This document shows, piece by piece, positions 9,228-18,147 of a DNA stretch of 64,000 bases (positions are counted from its first letter, which is position 1; each line of letters opens with the position of its first letter). The position numbers and the translations under genes are program-made. The DNA comes from Chthoniobacterales bacterium. Lineage in GTDB: Bacteria; Verrucomicrobiota; Verrucomicrobiia; Chthoniobacterales; JACTMZ01. Location of the stretch: the NCBI GenBank assembly GCA_044343805.1, contig JBIJDZ010000001.1, forward strand, positions 78,392 through 142,391, in the 5' to 3' direction. Under the pieces are notes generated by a model that did not search any database, was not told where the DNA came from, and saw only the letters and a list, made by a program, of their open reading frames with translations.

Positions 9228-10105
9228 TGGACTGGTTCAAACAAAATCCATTTCTCGGCAGTTTGGCATTTGCGACAGTGCTCTTTGTCATTGCAAGTGG
9301 CTATTACGCCTACACTACCCACTCGGAGTTTGTTCTGCAGACGGAGGAATATTCCGTGAAGACGTCAGCTGTGGCGCAAGCGCGCGGCACCAAGCCCTTT
9401 CCGAACCAGACCAATTTGGAAGCCGCCCAAGCCGAAAAAGCTGAAGCGGAAAAAATTATCGGCGAGATGAATGCACTGTTGTCCCAGAAATCCGGAAAGG
9501 TAGACCAATCTCTCAATCCTCAGGCTTTTCAAGACCGCTTGAATGCCCAAGTAAGCAAGATCGAAAAAGCCGCCCGATCAGCACAGGTCGAGCTCCCTGA
9601 AAACTTTTACTTGGGCTTCGACGAATATCGCAACCAGCTACCATCTGCCACAGCTGCCCCCCTGCTCGGCCAGCAACTCGATTCCATCTCGAGTGTTATC
9701 ACCATTCTGGTCGAGGCCGGTGTGAAGGCAATCAACGCCGTGAGGCGCCAGCCACTCTCTGTTGAATCGGCCAAACAAGACACCACAGATAAACCCGAAA
9801 AAAATCCTAACAACCTGATTCTGGCACCATTTGAAGTTTCTTTTGTCGCCGACCAGACAAACTTTCGTCTGGCCCTCAATAAGATTGTCACCGCCGACCC
9901 CATAATCTTTGTTCGCTTGGTCAGTGTCGCCAATTCGCAGCAAAGCCCTCCCGCCAAACAGAACGGCATGAACTCCGATCCGCAGAACAACGCTGATCAA
10001 CCCAGTGCCGAAACGTCGATCCCCGTTCTTCTTGGAAAGGAAACTCTCAACGTAGATCTACGTCTGGCCACCATTTCCGCCGACAACACCTCGGACAAAA
10101 AATAG
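9227..10105 (+). CDS. PilO-like bitopic membrane protein with Amuc_1100-like architecture
   Basis: The ATG at 9227 overlaps the pilMN stop (TGATG). The order of elements is an N-terminal TM helix (FLGSLAFATVLFVIASGYYAY), a long helical/coiled segment, FYLGFDEY, a ferredoxin-like segment (LILAPFEVSFVADQTNFRLALNKIV), a low-complexity linker and a terminal beta strand (ETLNVDLRLATIS). The 9173 start in the track is inside pilMN. Confidence 0.6.
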   Translation: MDWFKQNPFLGSLAFATVLFVIASGYYAYTTHSEFVLQTEEYSVKTSAVAQARGTKPFPNQTNLEAAQAEKAEAEKIIGEMNALLSQKSGKVDQSLNPQAFQDRLNAQVSKIEKAARSAQVELPENFYLGFDEYRNQLPSATAAPLLGQQLDSISSVITILVEAGVKAINAVRRQPLSVESAKQDTTDKPEKNPNNLILAPFEVSFVADQTNFRLALNKIVTADPIIFVRLVSVANSQQSPPAKQNGMNSDPQNNADQPSAETSIPVLLGKETLNVDLRLATISADNTSDKK

Positions 10106-10116
10106 CTCCCGGATTC

Positions 10117-11157
10117 ATGGATTATCTCAAAGCCAACTACGACCGGATTCTCTTGGTTGTCGCGTCGCTTGCCCTCGTCGGCGCATCCGCCCACGCCCTG
10201 CTCGGGCTAGGCAATATCCGGGACGAATACGTGAAATCTCCGGCGCCAGCCTCGGGGGTGGCTTTTGAACCGAACCAGGCACTTTCGCGAATTCGCAGCG
10301 AGGTGGATCAACTGGTTGATCCGGCAAAATTCGCCTGGCGCGAGGGCGCCACATTGCTTTTTGCCAGTCGCGTCTACCTCCTGCGCGACAACCAATTGAT
10401 CGATATTTTTGAAAGCGATCTCGATCTTTTTGAGGGTATTCCAAACAAGTGGGTACTCGACAATAAACTCGATTACACTGACACCGGTCTGCCCTCCAGA
10501 GACGCCGATGGCGATGGTTTCACTAATCTTGAAGAGTTCTCGGAAAAAACCGACCCCCGCGACCCTGAATCCAAACCGGGATCCTGGAAAAAATTGCGGA
10601 TGCTGAGCAGCAAAATCGACAAGTTGAGGACCAAATTCGTCTCCCTGCCGACTGGTAGCCTGGACCAAGTTGCCATCAACACCATCAGTGCGGAAAATCC
10701 CACCGCTCTCAGCGGTGGCACCAAGTTCTACAAAAAGGGCGAAACGATCAAGCTGGCGGAGATCCTGCCGAATCGTAAGGAGTCGGAAAAAGAGACCGAC
10801 CTCAAGTTTGTCGATGCCAAGATGATCAAGCGCTTCAATCCATCCATTAATGCTGATGAACAAATCCCCCAAATCACGCTCCGCAACATGGTTGACAATC
10901 GTGAAATAGATCTCCTCATGGGCGAAGTCAAAGATTCCCCTTACTCACTAGCGACACTGCAAGATATCCGACCGGGCGGCCAAAGTTTTGAACTTCGTAC
11001 GGGCGAGAGTTTTTCCATCGACGGCAAATCTTACAAATTAATTGACGTCGACATGGAAAACGCCATTATCTCCGACATCGAATCTGGGGAAAGGCACTCT
11101 ATCCCTCAGCAGACCACGAGTCTTCCCCCGGCTTCTAAACAAAACTCCGATTCATGA
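10117..11157 (+). CDS. Membrane-anchored periplasmic protein in the PilP position (Amuc_1099-position), with a thrombospondin-type-3-like acidic Ca-binding motif
   Basis: Has an N-terminal TM anchor (ILLVVASLALVGASAHALLGL) and the motif DADGDGFTNLEEFSEKTDPRDP at about nt 10501-10566. The C-terminus is beta-rich (GESFSIDGKSYKLIDVDMENAIISDIESGE), reminiscent of PilP/GspC HR domains. The stop overlaps the secretin ATG (ATGA). Confidence 0.5.
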   Translation: MDYLKANYDRILLVVASLALVGASAHALLGLGNIRDEYVKSPAPASGVAFEPNQALSRIRSEVDQLVDPAKFAWREGATLLFASRVYLLRDNQLIDIFESDLDLFEGIPNKWVLDNKLDYTDTGLPSRDADGDGFTNLEEFSEKTDPRDPESKPGSWKKLRMLSSKIDKLRTKFVSLPTGSLDQVAINTISAENPTALSGGTKFYKKGETIKLAEILPNRKESEKETDLKFVDAKMIKRFNPSINADEQIPQITLRNMVDNREIDLLMGEVKDSPYSLATLQDIRPGGQSFELRTGESFSIDGKSYKLIDVDMENAIISDIESGERHSIPQQTTSLPPASKQNSDS

Positions 11158-13574
11158 GCGGTCTCACCCCCTCCATTTCCTATTTTGCTAAGCATACTTG
11201 CCTTTTGCTTTTTGCGACACTTACCACACCCTTGACCCTGCTGGGCGGTGGAACGGGAAATGCTCCCAACGCCGGGGTTGAAGCCCAAGCCGAGCTTGAA
11301 ATCGCCAAACGGATGAAGTTGGCCGAGGAATACGCCCCCCAAGCGATGCAAAGGGGTTCGGTTGCCTTGATGGAGAGGGACTACGAGACCGCCTTCGCCC
11401 AATACAAAGCTGCTGTTGACGCCCTTCCGGATGCGCCCCAAGTAAAAGAACTGCGCACGACGGCGCTGGATGGTTTTTCCAAAGCAGCTATGGGCCTAGC
11501 CGAACAGCGTATTGCCGAAGGACGTTGGGAGGATGCCAAGGAAACCGTGCAAAAGATCCTCGAACCGCAATACAACCCGAACTACAAACCTGCGCAGCGC
11601 CTGCTCGCCCGCTTGGAAGCTCCTGATTATTTCAACAAGACCGTGACGCCGGGCCATGTGGCCAAAGTTGAGGAGGTCAAAAAACTCCTCGTCGAAGCTC
11701 AAGGCCTCTACGACTCCGGACGTTTCGATGAGTCTTTTGCCAAATACGAGGCAGTCATCCGCTTAGATCGCTACAACGTCGCGGCTCGTCGTGGCATGGA
11801 GCAAGTCAACCTGGCCCGCACACGCGTTGCTGATGCAGCCTACAACGAAACGCGAGCCTCTATGATTACCCAAGTCGATAAAGCTTGGGAAACTCCCGTC
11901 CGTCGTGTCGACCTCGGTCCGGCTGCTCTCATTGAACAACCGATGCTGACCACGCGTGGAACGCAGTCGGTCAACCGTAAACTGGACGAAATCATTATAC
12001 CCCGCATCAACTTCACGGAAACCACAGTCCGCGCAGCCATTGAATACCTGAAGACCCGCTCGGAGGCTTTGGACACCGACCCGGCAGATCGAGGAGTCAA
12101 TATCGTCCTGAAAATTGATCCCGCGGCCGAATCGCAAACAGTCACTCTCGATCTCGCCAATCTCCCCCTCCGCGAAGCGCTTGCTTACATTACCAACTTG
12201 GCCAGTTTGAAATTTAAAGTTGAACCTTATGCCGTATTGGTCGTGCCTCTTTCCGAACCCACGGAGACTCTTATCACCAAAGAATACCGCGTACCGCCGG
12301 GCTTCATCACAAACTTGCCATCTACTGGCTCAGCAACGAGCGGTGGATCGGCCGCTCAGAGCGGTGCAAAAGTCTTTCTCGAATCCCAAGGGGTTCAATT
12401 CCCTGCCGGCGCAAGTGCAAATTTCTTGGCCAGCAGCAGCCGCCTGATCGTTCGAAACACTCAGGAAAACCTCGATTTGGTTGACGCCCTTGTTGAAAGC
12501 TCAACCGGCGCAGTCCCCTCACAAGTTGAGATTGAATCGAAGTTTGTCGAAATCTCGCAGAACAACCTCAAAGAACTTGGTTTTGACTGGTTGCTCGGAC
12601 AATTCGCACTACCCGGTGGCTCCGGTGTGTTCGGGAGCGGCGGCACCAGCGGCAATCAATTTAATTCGACCGTCCCCCCATCTGGTGGAACCCCTTACTA
12701 CCCATTTATCGTCCCAGGTACAACAACCCCAGTCGGGCAATATCCTGTCACGGCCGGCAATCGCAGCGGTCAAACAGCTATCACCGGGAACGCCCTAGAT
12801 GGCCTCCTTTTTGGCACTCCCGTAGGGCCTGCGGCCGGCATTCTTTCCTTGGCCGGGGTCTTTACCAACCCGCAATTCCAAGTTGTATTGCGAGCACTCA
12901 ATCAGAAAAAAGGTATCGACGTCCTATCTGCACCAAAAGTCACAACCAAGAGTGGTACATCAGCTACTGTTGAAATCGTCCGCGAATTCCGCTACCCAGC
13001 CGAATATGACCCACCGCAAATCCCCCAAACGACCGGTGTAGGGGTACAGCCAGTAACTCCCGCCACGCCAACAACATTCACCATGAAACCGACCGGGGTT
13101 CGCTTGGAAGCCGAACCTACTGTGGGTTCAGATAACTACACCATTGACCTGCGACTTGTTCCTGAAGTAACCGAATTTGAAGGATTCATAAATTACGGGT
13201 CGCCTATCCTCAACCGTGGTGTTGTGGTGACAGACAACGTCATCAACTACCCGGTTTTCAGCGAAAGAAAGGTAGAGACTTCTGTCAGCATTTACGATGG
13301 GCAAACCGTGGTTCTTGGCGGATTGATGCGGGAGGACGTCCAAAAAGTGAACGATAAAACTCCCTTGATTGGCGACATCCCTTTTGCGGGTGCACTGTTC
13401 CGGTCCCAGTCGGACCAGCACATCAAAAGAAACTTGGTCATCTTTGTCACCGTCAACCTTATGGATCCTGCCGGACAACCGATGGCGCAAATGAAACAAG
13501 AAGCTATGGCCTCCGAGGAGATGGCTATGGATAGTGCCATGATGTCATCTGTGGAGCCCCCCTTACCGCAATAA
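11154..13574 (+). CDS. Secretin (PilQ/GspD superfamily) with an N-terminal TPR-like helical region, paralog 1
   Basis: The C-terminal secretin core is GQTVVLGGLMREDVQKVNDKTPLIGDIPFAGALFRSQSDQHIKRNLVIFVTVNLM. Upstream are N-domain-like segments (IIIPRINFTETTVRAAIEYL, VFLESQGVQFPAGASANFLASSSRLIVRNTQENLDLV). Confidence 0.85.
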   Translation: MSGLTPSISYFAKHTCLLLFATLTTPLTLLGGGTGNAPNAGVEAQAELEIAKRMKLAEEYAPQAMQRGSVALMERDYETAFAQYKAAVDALPDAPQVKELRTTALDGFSKAAMGLAEQRIAEGRWEDAKETVQKILEPQYNPNYKPAQRLLARLEAPDYFNKTVTPGHVAKVEEVKKLLVEAQGLYDSGRFDESFAKYEAVIRLDRYNVAARRGMEQVNLARTRVADAAYNETRASMITQVDKAWETPVRRVDLGPAALIEQPMLTTRGTQSVNRKLDEIIIPRINFTETTVRAAIEYLKTRSEALDTDPADRGVNIVLKIDPAAESQTVTLDLANLPLREALAYITNLASLKFKVEPYAVLVVPLSEPTETLITKEYRVPPGFITNLPSTGSATSGGSAAQSGAKVFLESQGVQFPAGASANFLASSSRLIVRNTQENLDLVDALVESSTGAVPSQVEIESKFVEISQNNLKELGFDWLLGQFALPGGSGVFGSGGTSGNQFNSTVPPSGGTPYYPFIVPGTTTPVGQYPVTAGNRSGQTAITGNALDGLLFGTPVGPAAGILSLAGVFTNPQFQVVLRALNQKKGIDVLSAPKVTTKSGTSATVEIVREFRYPAEYDPPQIPQTTGVGVQPVTPATPTTFTMKPTGVRLEAEPTVGSDNYTIDLRLVPEVTEFEGFINYGSPILNRGVVVTDNVINYPVFSERKVETSVSIYDGQTVVLGGLMREDVQKVNDKTPLIGDIPFAGALFRSQSDQHIKRNLVIFVTVNLMDPAGQPMAQMKQEAMASEEMAMDSAMMSSVEPPLPQ

Positions 13575-16159
13575 TGAAAGCAAAATTTCTGGCATTAGGT
13601 GCCGCAACAAGTCTCCTTTTCTCATTGTCATCGGGACTGGCCGGTTCGGGCGGCCAATCGGACTACAATTCGTTAGATAGCGGCGCGGATCGTGAAATCA
13701 CCCGCCGTCAACAAAACGTTGCACTGGCCGAAGACGCCATACGCCGCGGCGATGCTGCCTTGCAGGCAAACAACCTGGAGGCAGCCTACCTCGCTTACAA
13801 GGAAGCCGTGGATTTGATACCCGATGGCGATGCCACCAAAAGCCTGCATGCCAGGGCGCTCGCGCGCTACTCCTCCACCGCAATCCGTTACTCCGAGTAT
13901 CTTGTGAGTGAGGGCGAATATGCTAAGGCGGAAGCCACCGCACGTGAAGTTATCGAACCGCGCTACAATCCGGATTACAAGCCCGCGGCCGTTTTTCTAT
14001 CGCGTCTGGAGCAACCTGATTACTTCAACAAAACCATCACTCCGCAGTTTGCCATGGACCGCGAGCGGGTCACGGAATTGCTCAACGAGGCCAACGGTTA
14101 CTTTGATTCCGGTCGCTACGATATGGCTTTGAAGCGTTACCAACAAGTTCTCGCCATCGACAAATACAACGCCGCTGCACTTCGCGGAATGGAGCAGGTA
14201 GAAGTAGGTAAGCAGCAATACTACGACAGCGCCTACAATGAGACTCGGTCACGCATGCTTTGGCAGGTCGACAAGGCGTGGGAAAGCCCCAAACGGAAAT
14301 TCGCGGATTCCCGCTCCACAGATTCTGCTTCACTGCAGGAAGAGCGCCGAGGAACGGAAATCATGATTTCCCGCCTCAATAGAATCATTATTCCACGCGT
14401 CGATTTTCGTGACACCACCATTCGTCAAGCTGTCGGTTTTCTTCAACAAAGAAGCCGAGATTTGGACACAACCGAGTCTGATCAGGACCGTCGTGGTGTA
14501 AACATCGTTTTGAAGCTTCCCACCACACCGGCCCCGGCATCAGACACAGAAGGCAGCAATGTAACGCCTACCCCCAGCTCCGACAGCCGTATCACGCTCA
14601 ATTTAACCAATGTCCCTCTTTACGAAGCCTTGCGGTATGTTGCGACTCTCTCTGGTCTCAAAGTCAAGGTTGAGCCCTTCGCCGTCTCCTTGGTTCCTCT
14701 CTCCGAACCGACGGATACACTGGAGCAACGTGAATTCAAAGTGCCGCCAGGGTTTATAGCTGAAACTTCACAAGCCTCCGACCCCCTAGCTGTGGCGGGG
14801 CGCCAGTCCTTGGATAGTAGTGCCCCAAGGCTGTCAGCACGACAGAACGCCAGGGTCTTTCTTGAATCCCAAGGTGTTGAATTTCCCTCTGGAGCTAGTG
14901 CGAATTTCATTCCCGGCAGCAGCCGATTGGTTGTTCGCAACACCGTCTCCAATCTTGACCTGATCGAATCTCTCGTCGATGCCGCCATGGCAGAACAGCC
15001 CACCCAAGTGGAAATTGAGGCTAAATTTGTCGATATATCGCAAAATAACCTTAAGGAGCTTGGCTTTGATTGGGCCTTAGGGCCTTTCGCCTTGCCGGGA
15101 TCGGATGCGATATTCGGCAGCGGAGGCACCACCATACCAGCCGGCCAGGCCGCCAACTGGCCCTTTGTTGATCCTTCAACAGGTCAAATCATTGGTCAAG
15201 ACACGGTGACCCGTGGCCTCCGCAGCGGAAGCGGTGTTGGTCCAAACAGAGGTCTATCCGTCAACAGCCTCAATGCCCTGTTAGCACAAAATGTCGGCGC
15301 TCCGGTGGGAGGCACCGCTCCCGGATTTTTTGCCTTATCCGGTATATTTACCAACCCGCAATTTCAAGTCGTCATCCGCGCACTTAACCAAAAGAAAGGG
15401 GTTGACTTGATGGCGGCTCCGAAAATCACCACTAAAAGCGGACAGCAGGGCACCATTAAGATCAACCGCGAGTTTCCTTACCCCCAGCAATACGACCCAC
15501 CGCAAATACCACAGGCAACGGGTGGTGGCAACAACAACGTTTTAGTTCCTCTTATCAACACTCCTCCTGTCGTAACTCCAAGCTTTCCAACGGATTTTAC
15601 CACCAGAAATCTGGGAGTGACTTTGGAAGTGACCCCGCAGGTCGGCTCGGACGGCTATACTATCGACCTTACTTTGGCTCCCGAGGTTGTTGATTTTGAT
15701 GGTTTTATCAACTACGGCTCCCCCATTTTCACGCCTATTCAAGTTGCCAACGTCAACCCATTGAATCCAGCACTCTTAGTTACTGTTCCCCAGCTTTTGA
15801 CAGATAACGTCATCAATCAGCCGATCTTCAGTGTTCGCAAGGTCACCACAAACGTCAGTATCTGGGACGGCCAAACGGTAGCTCTTGGCGGCTTGATCCG
15901 TGAGGACGTGCAGAAAGTGAATGATAAAGTCCCCATCCTCGGCGATATTCCTTTGGCCGGTGCACTCTTCCGCTCGGATATTGACCAAAAAATTAAACGC
16001 AACCTTATTATCTTTGTCACCGCTCGCTTGATGGATGCCGCCGGACAGCCGTTGCGGCCTGAAGACGATGTTGATCAGGAGGAAATTGTTGAACCCTTGG
16101 GACTTCCGGAAGACCTCAAGAAGCCCAGCATCAGCGCCAAAGGTTTTCGCCAAAAATAA
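13574..16159 (+). CDS. Secretin (PilQ/GspD superfamily) with an N-terminal TPR-like helical region, paralog 2
   Basis: The ATG overlaps the paralog-1 stop (TAATG). It has a signal peptide (MKAKFLALGAATSLLFSLSSGLAG). The secretin core is GQTVALGGLIREDVQKVNDKVPILGDIPLAGALFRSDIDQKIKRNLIIFVTARLM. It is collinear with paralog 1. Confidence 0.85.
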   Translation: MKAKFLALGAATSLLFSLSSGLAGSGGQSDYNSLDSGADREITRRQQNVALAEDAIRRGDAALQANNLEAAYLAYKEAVDLIPDGDATKSLHARALARYSSTAIRYSEYLVSEGEYAKAEATAREVIEPRYNPDYKPAAVFLSRLEQPDYFNKTITPQFAMDRERVTELLNEANGYFDSGRYDMALKRYQQVLAIDKYNAAALRGMEQVEVGKQQYYDSAYNETRSRMLWQVDKAWESPKRKFADSRSTDSASLQEERRGTEIMISRLNRIIIPRVDFRDTTIRQAVGFLQQRSRDLDTTESDQDRRGVNIVLKLPTTPAPASDTEGSNVTPTPSSDSRITLNLTNVPLYEALRYVATLSGLKVKVEPFAVSLVPLSEPTDTLEQREFKVPPGFIAETSQASDPLAVAGRQSLDSSAPRLSARQNARVFLESQGVEFPSGASANFIPGSSRLVVRNTVSNLDLIESLVDAAMAEQPTQVEIEAKFVDISQNNLKELGFDWALGPFALPGSDAIFGSGGTTIPAGQAANWPFVDPSTGQIIGQDTVTRGLRSGSGVGPNRGLSVNSLNALLAQNVGAPVGGTAPGFFALSGIFTNPQFQVVIRALNQKKGVDLMAAPKITTKSGQQGTIKINREFPYPQQYDPPQIPQATGGGNNNVLVPLINTPPVVTPSFPTDFTTRNLGVTLEVTPQVGSDGYTIDLTLAPEVVDFDGFINYGSPIFTPIQVANVNPLNPALLVTVPQLLTDNVINQPIFSVRKVTTNVSIWDGQTVALGGLIREDVQKVNDKVPILGDIPLAGALFRSDIDQKIKRNLIIFVTARLMDAAGQPLRPEDDVDQEEIVEPLGLPEDLKKPSISAKGFRQK

Positions 16160-16212
16160 AAGCCATACGCTGGCTTGATGGTGAGCGCCTAAGTAGTTGA
16201 CAACATCAATAT

Positions 16213-16809
16213 ATGCTACTCGGTGTTACCGGAGGCATTGCCTCAGGCAAGTCGACTTTTCGGCGTCTCCTTACTGCGAAGCATAAGTTTACGGTATTCG
16301 ATGCCGATGAAAGCGTTCACGATCTCCTCGCGAAGGATGAAAGAGTCATCTCGGCAATTCGTACCCACTTCGGAGATTCAGTCCTGAACTTTGATGGCGG
16401 GATTAATCGTCCCGCGCTGCGCGAAGCTGTCTTTACCGACAACAAACTAAGGAAGCAATTGGAAGAGATTATTCACCCTGTTGTCCGGCACCAATGGCAG
16501 TTGCTGCGGCAGTCCTGCATGGCCAAAAATATGGACTTTTTGGCGGAAATCCCCCTTCTATTCGAAACCAGTGCTGAAAATTTTTTTGATGCGACGATTT
16601 TGGTCGCCACATCCACTCCGGTGCAACAAGTTCGCCTGGCGGCACGTGGACTTTCACCACAAATTGCCCAAGCCATGCTTGCCAGCCAATGCCCTATGGG
16701 CGAAAAAGAAAAGCGTGCCACCGTCGTGGTCTGGAACGACGGAAGCCTTATCGGATTGGAGCAGCAAGCTCGCATGCTTATCGAACGACTTTTCCCATCT
16801 CCGACATGA
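16213..16809 (+). CDS. coaE: Dephospho-CoA kinase
   Basis: Has the P-loop MLLGVTGGIASGKST at the extreme N-terminus. Length (198 aa) and pattern are typical. Confidence 0.9.
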   Translation: MLLGVTGGIASGKSTFRRLLTAKHKFTVFDADESVHDLLAKDERVISAIRTHFGDSVLNFDGGINRPALREAVFTDNKLRKQLEEIIHPVVRHQWQLLRQSCMAKNMDFLAEIPLLFETSAENFFDATILVATSTPVQQVRLAARGLSPQIAQAMLASQCPMGEKEKRATVVVWNDGSLIGLEQQARMLIERLFPSPT

Positions 16810-18143
16810 ACAAGTCCTCCGAGGTTTCCATCACCGGGAAAAAGACGGGGCGCGCCACTTTTCCACAGCAATCCTCCGAGGTATCCGGTGCATCATTCTG
16901 GTTGTCTGACCTGCAAGCTCTCACTCATGCCGAACTTGCCGGACTAATCCAACGCTATGAATTGCGTTTGCGCCCCGATGGAACCAAACGCCATTTGATC
17001 TTCGACCTCTGTCGCTTCTTTCTCTCACTCGGTGCTGAAATATACGCCGAAGGAATGGTTGAAGACCTCGGGGATCACGCGATGTTGCGCTGGCCCATCC
17101 ACAACTTTGCCAGCGGACCGGATGACCTTTTTGTATCCATCGGGCTTGTTCGCGAATACGGCTTACAAACGGGCCTGCAAATTTGCGGAACCCTGAAGTC
17201 TCCCGGCGAACGCGATCGATATTGCGGACTGGCCAAGATATCGTCCATTGAAGGCATCCCTCCAGCAGAGTGGAAGCCGTTGATCCCCTTCGACAAACTC
17301 ACCCCGCTGTTCCCGCAGGAGCGTATTATTCTCGAAGCGGTCAAAGATTCCACGCTTAGCACTCGAGCCGTGGATTTGATCGCTCCACTTGGCAAAGGCC
17401 AGCGAGCACTCATCGTCGCGCCGCCCCGCACAGGAAAAACCATCCTCCTGAAACATATCGCACAAGCGATACGCTCGACCTCTCCTGAAGTTCGATTGAT
17501 TTTACTACTCGTTGATGAGCGTCCCGAGGAAGTCACCGACTTGCGGAGGTCGATCGACGCCGATATCTACAGCTCAACTTTCGACGAGTCCCCCCAACGA
17601 CACACCCAACTTTCTGAATTTGTGATCGAGCGGGCCAAGCGCTTGGTCGAACTCGGCCAGGATGTTGTCATTCTTCTCGACAGCATCACCCGCTTGGCCC
17701 GCGGCTATAACAATCTCCAACCGGGCAAGGGCCGCATCATGTCCGGTGGCGTCGACTCCAAAGCGCTCATGAAACCCAAACGTTTCTTCGGGGCCGCACG
17801 TAATACGGAAGAGGGTGGCAGCCTCACCATTGTCGCCACTGCTCTCGTCGAGACCCAAAGCCGCATGGACGATCTGATATTCGAGGAATTCAAAGGCACC
17901 GGCAATATGGAGGTGCACCTCGACCGGACGATTGCCGATCAGCGAATTTTTCCCGCCATTCATGTGACCAAGTCGGCCACACGACGCGAGGAAAACCTTT
18001 ATCATCCGGATGAACTTGCGCGCGTGATTGTGCTACGCAAGCAATTGAACGAACTCCCGGCCGTTGAGGCAATGGAGATGCTCGCGCGCAATCTACAACG
18101 CACCAAAACGAACGCCGAGCTGCTCCTCGGCGGTCTGCGCTGA
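16806..18143 (+). CDS. rho: Transcription termination factor Rho
   Basis: Motifs present are [16 protein letters not shown] (Walker A), [12 protein letters not shown] and [29 protein letters not shown]. The ATG at 16806 overlaps the coaE stop (ATGA). The longer track ORF from 16689 lies inside coaE. Confidence 0.95.
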   Translation: MNKSSEVSITGKKTGRATFPQQSSEVSGASFWLSDLQALTHAELAGLIQRYELRLRPDGTKRHLIFDLCRFFLSLGAEIYAEGMVEDLGDHAMLRWPIHNFASGPDDLFVSIGLVREYGLQTGLQICGTLKSPGERDRYCGLAKISSIEGIPPAEWKPLIPFDKLTPLFPQERIILEAVKDSTLSTRAVDLIAPLGKGQRALIVAPPRTGKTILLKHIAQAIRSTSPEVRLILLLVDERPEEVTDLRRSIDADIYSSTFDESPQRHTQLSEFVIERAKRLVELGQDVVILLDSITRLARGYNNLQPGKGRIMSGGVDSKALMKPKRFFGAARNTEEGGSLTIVATALVETQSRMDDLIFEEFKGTGNMEVHLDRTIADQRIFPAIHVTKSATRREENLYHPDELARVIVLRKQLNELPAVEAMEMLARNLQRTKTNAELLLGGLR

Positions 18144-18147
18144 AGAC

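Noticed and set aside
16160-16176. A hairpin (aagcca-tacgc-tggctt) right after the second secretin stop, as a possible intrinsic terminator.
   Set aside because: It has only a 6-bp stem with A/T pairs and no downstream T-tract. That is too weak to call.
16197-16202. A TTGACA hexamer upstream of coaE, as a possible -35 box.
   Set aside because: It lies only 10 nt from the coaE ATG, so it cannot serve as a -35 for that start. A single hexamer match is expected by chance.
16689-16805. Upstream extensions of several track ORFs: rho from 16689, SBP from 41097, carB to 22192, rnc from 18064, panD from 27053, mscL to 41399, and GT-C from 48767.
   Set aside because: The extensions overlap the neighbouring gene or begin at GTG/TTG. 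Internal ATGs give canonical N-termini and classic ATGA/TGATG coupling. I used the shorter models.
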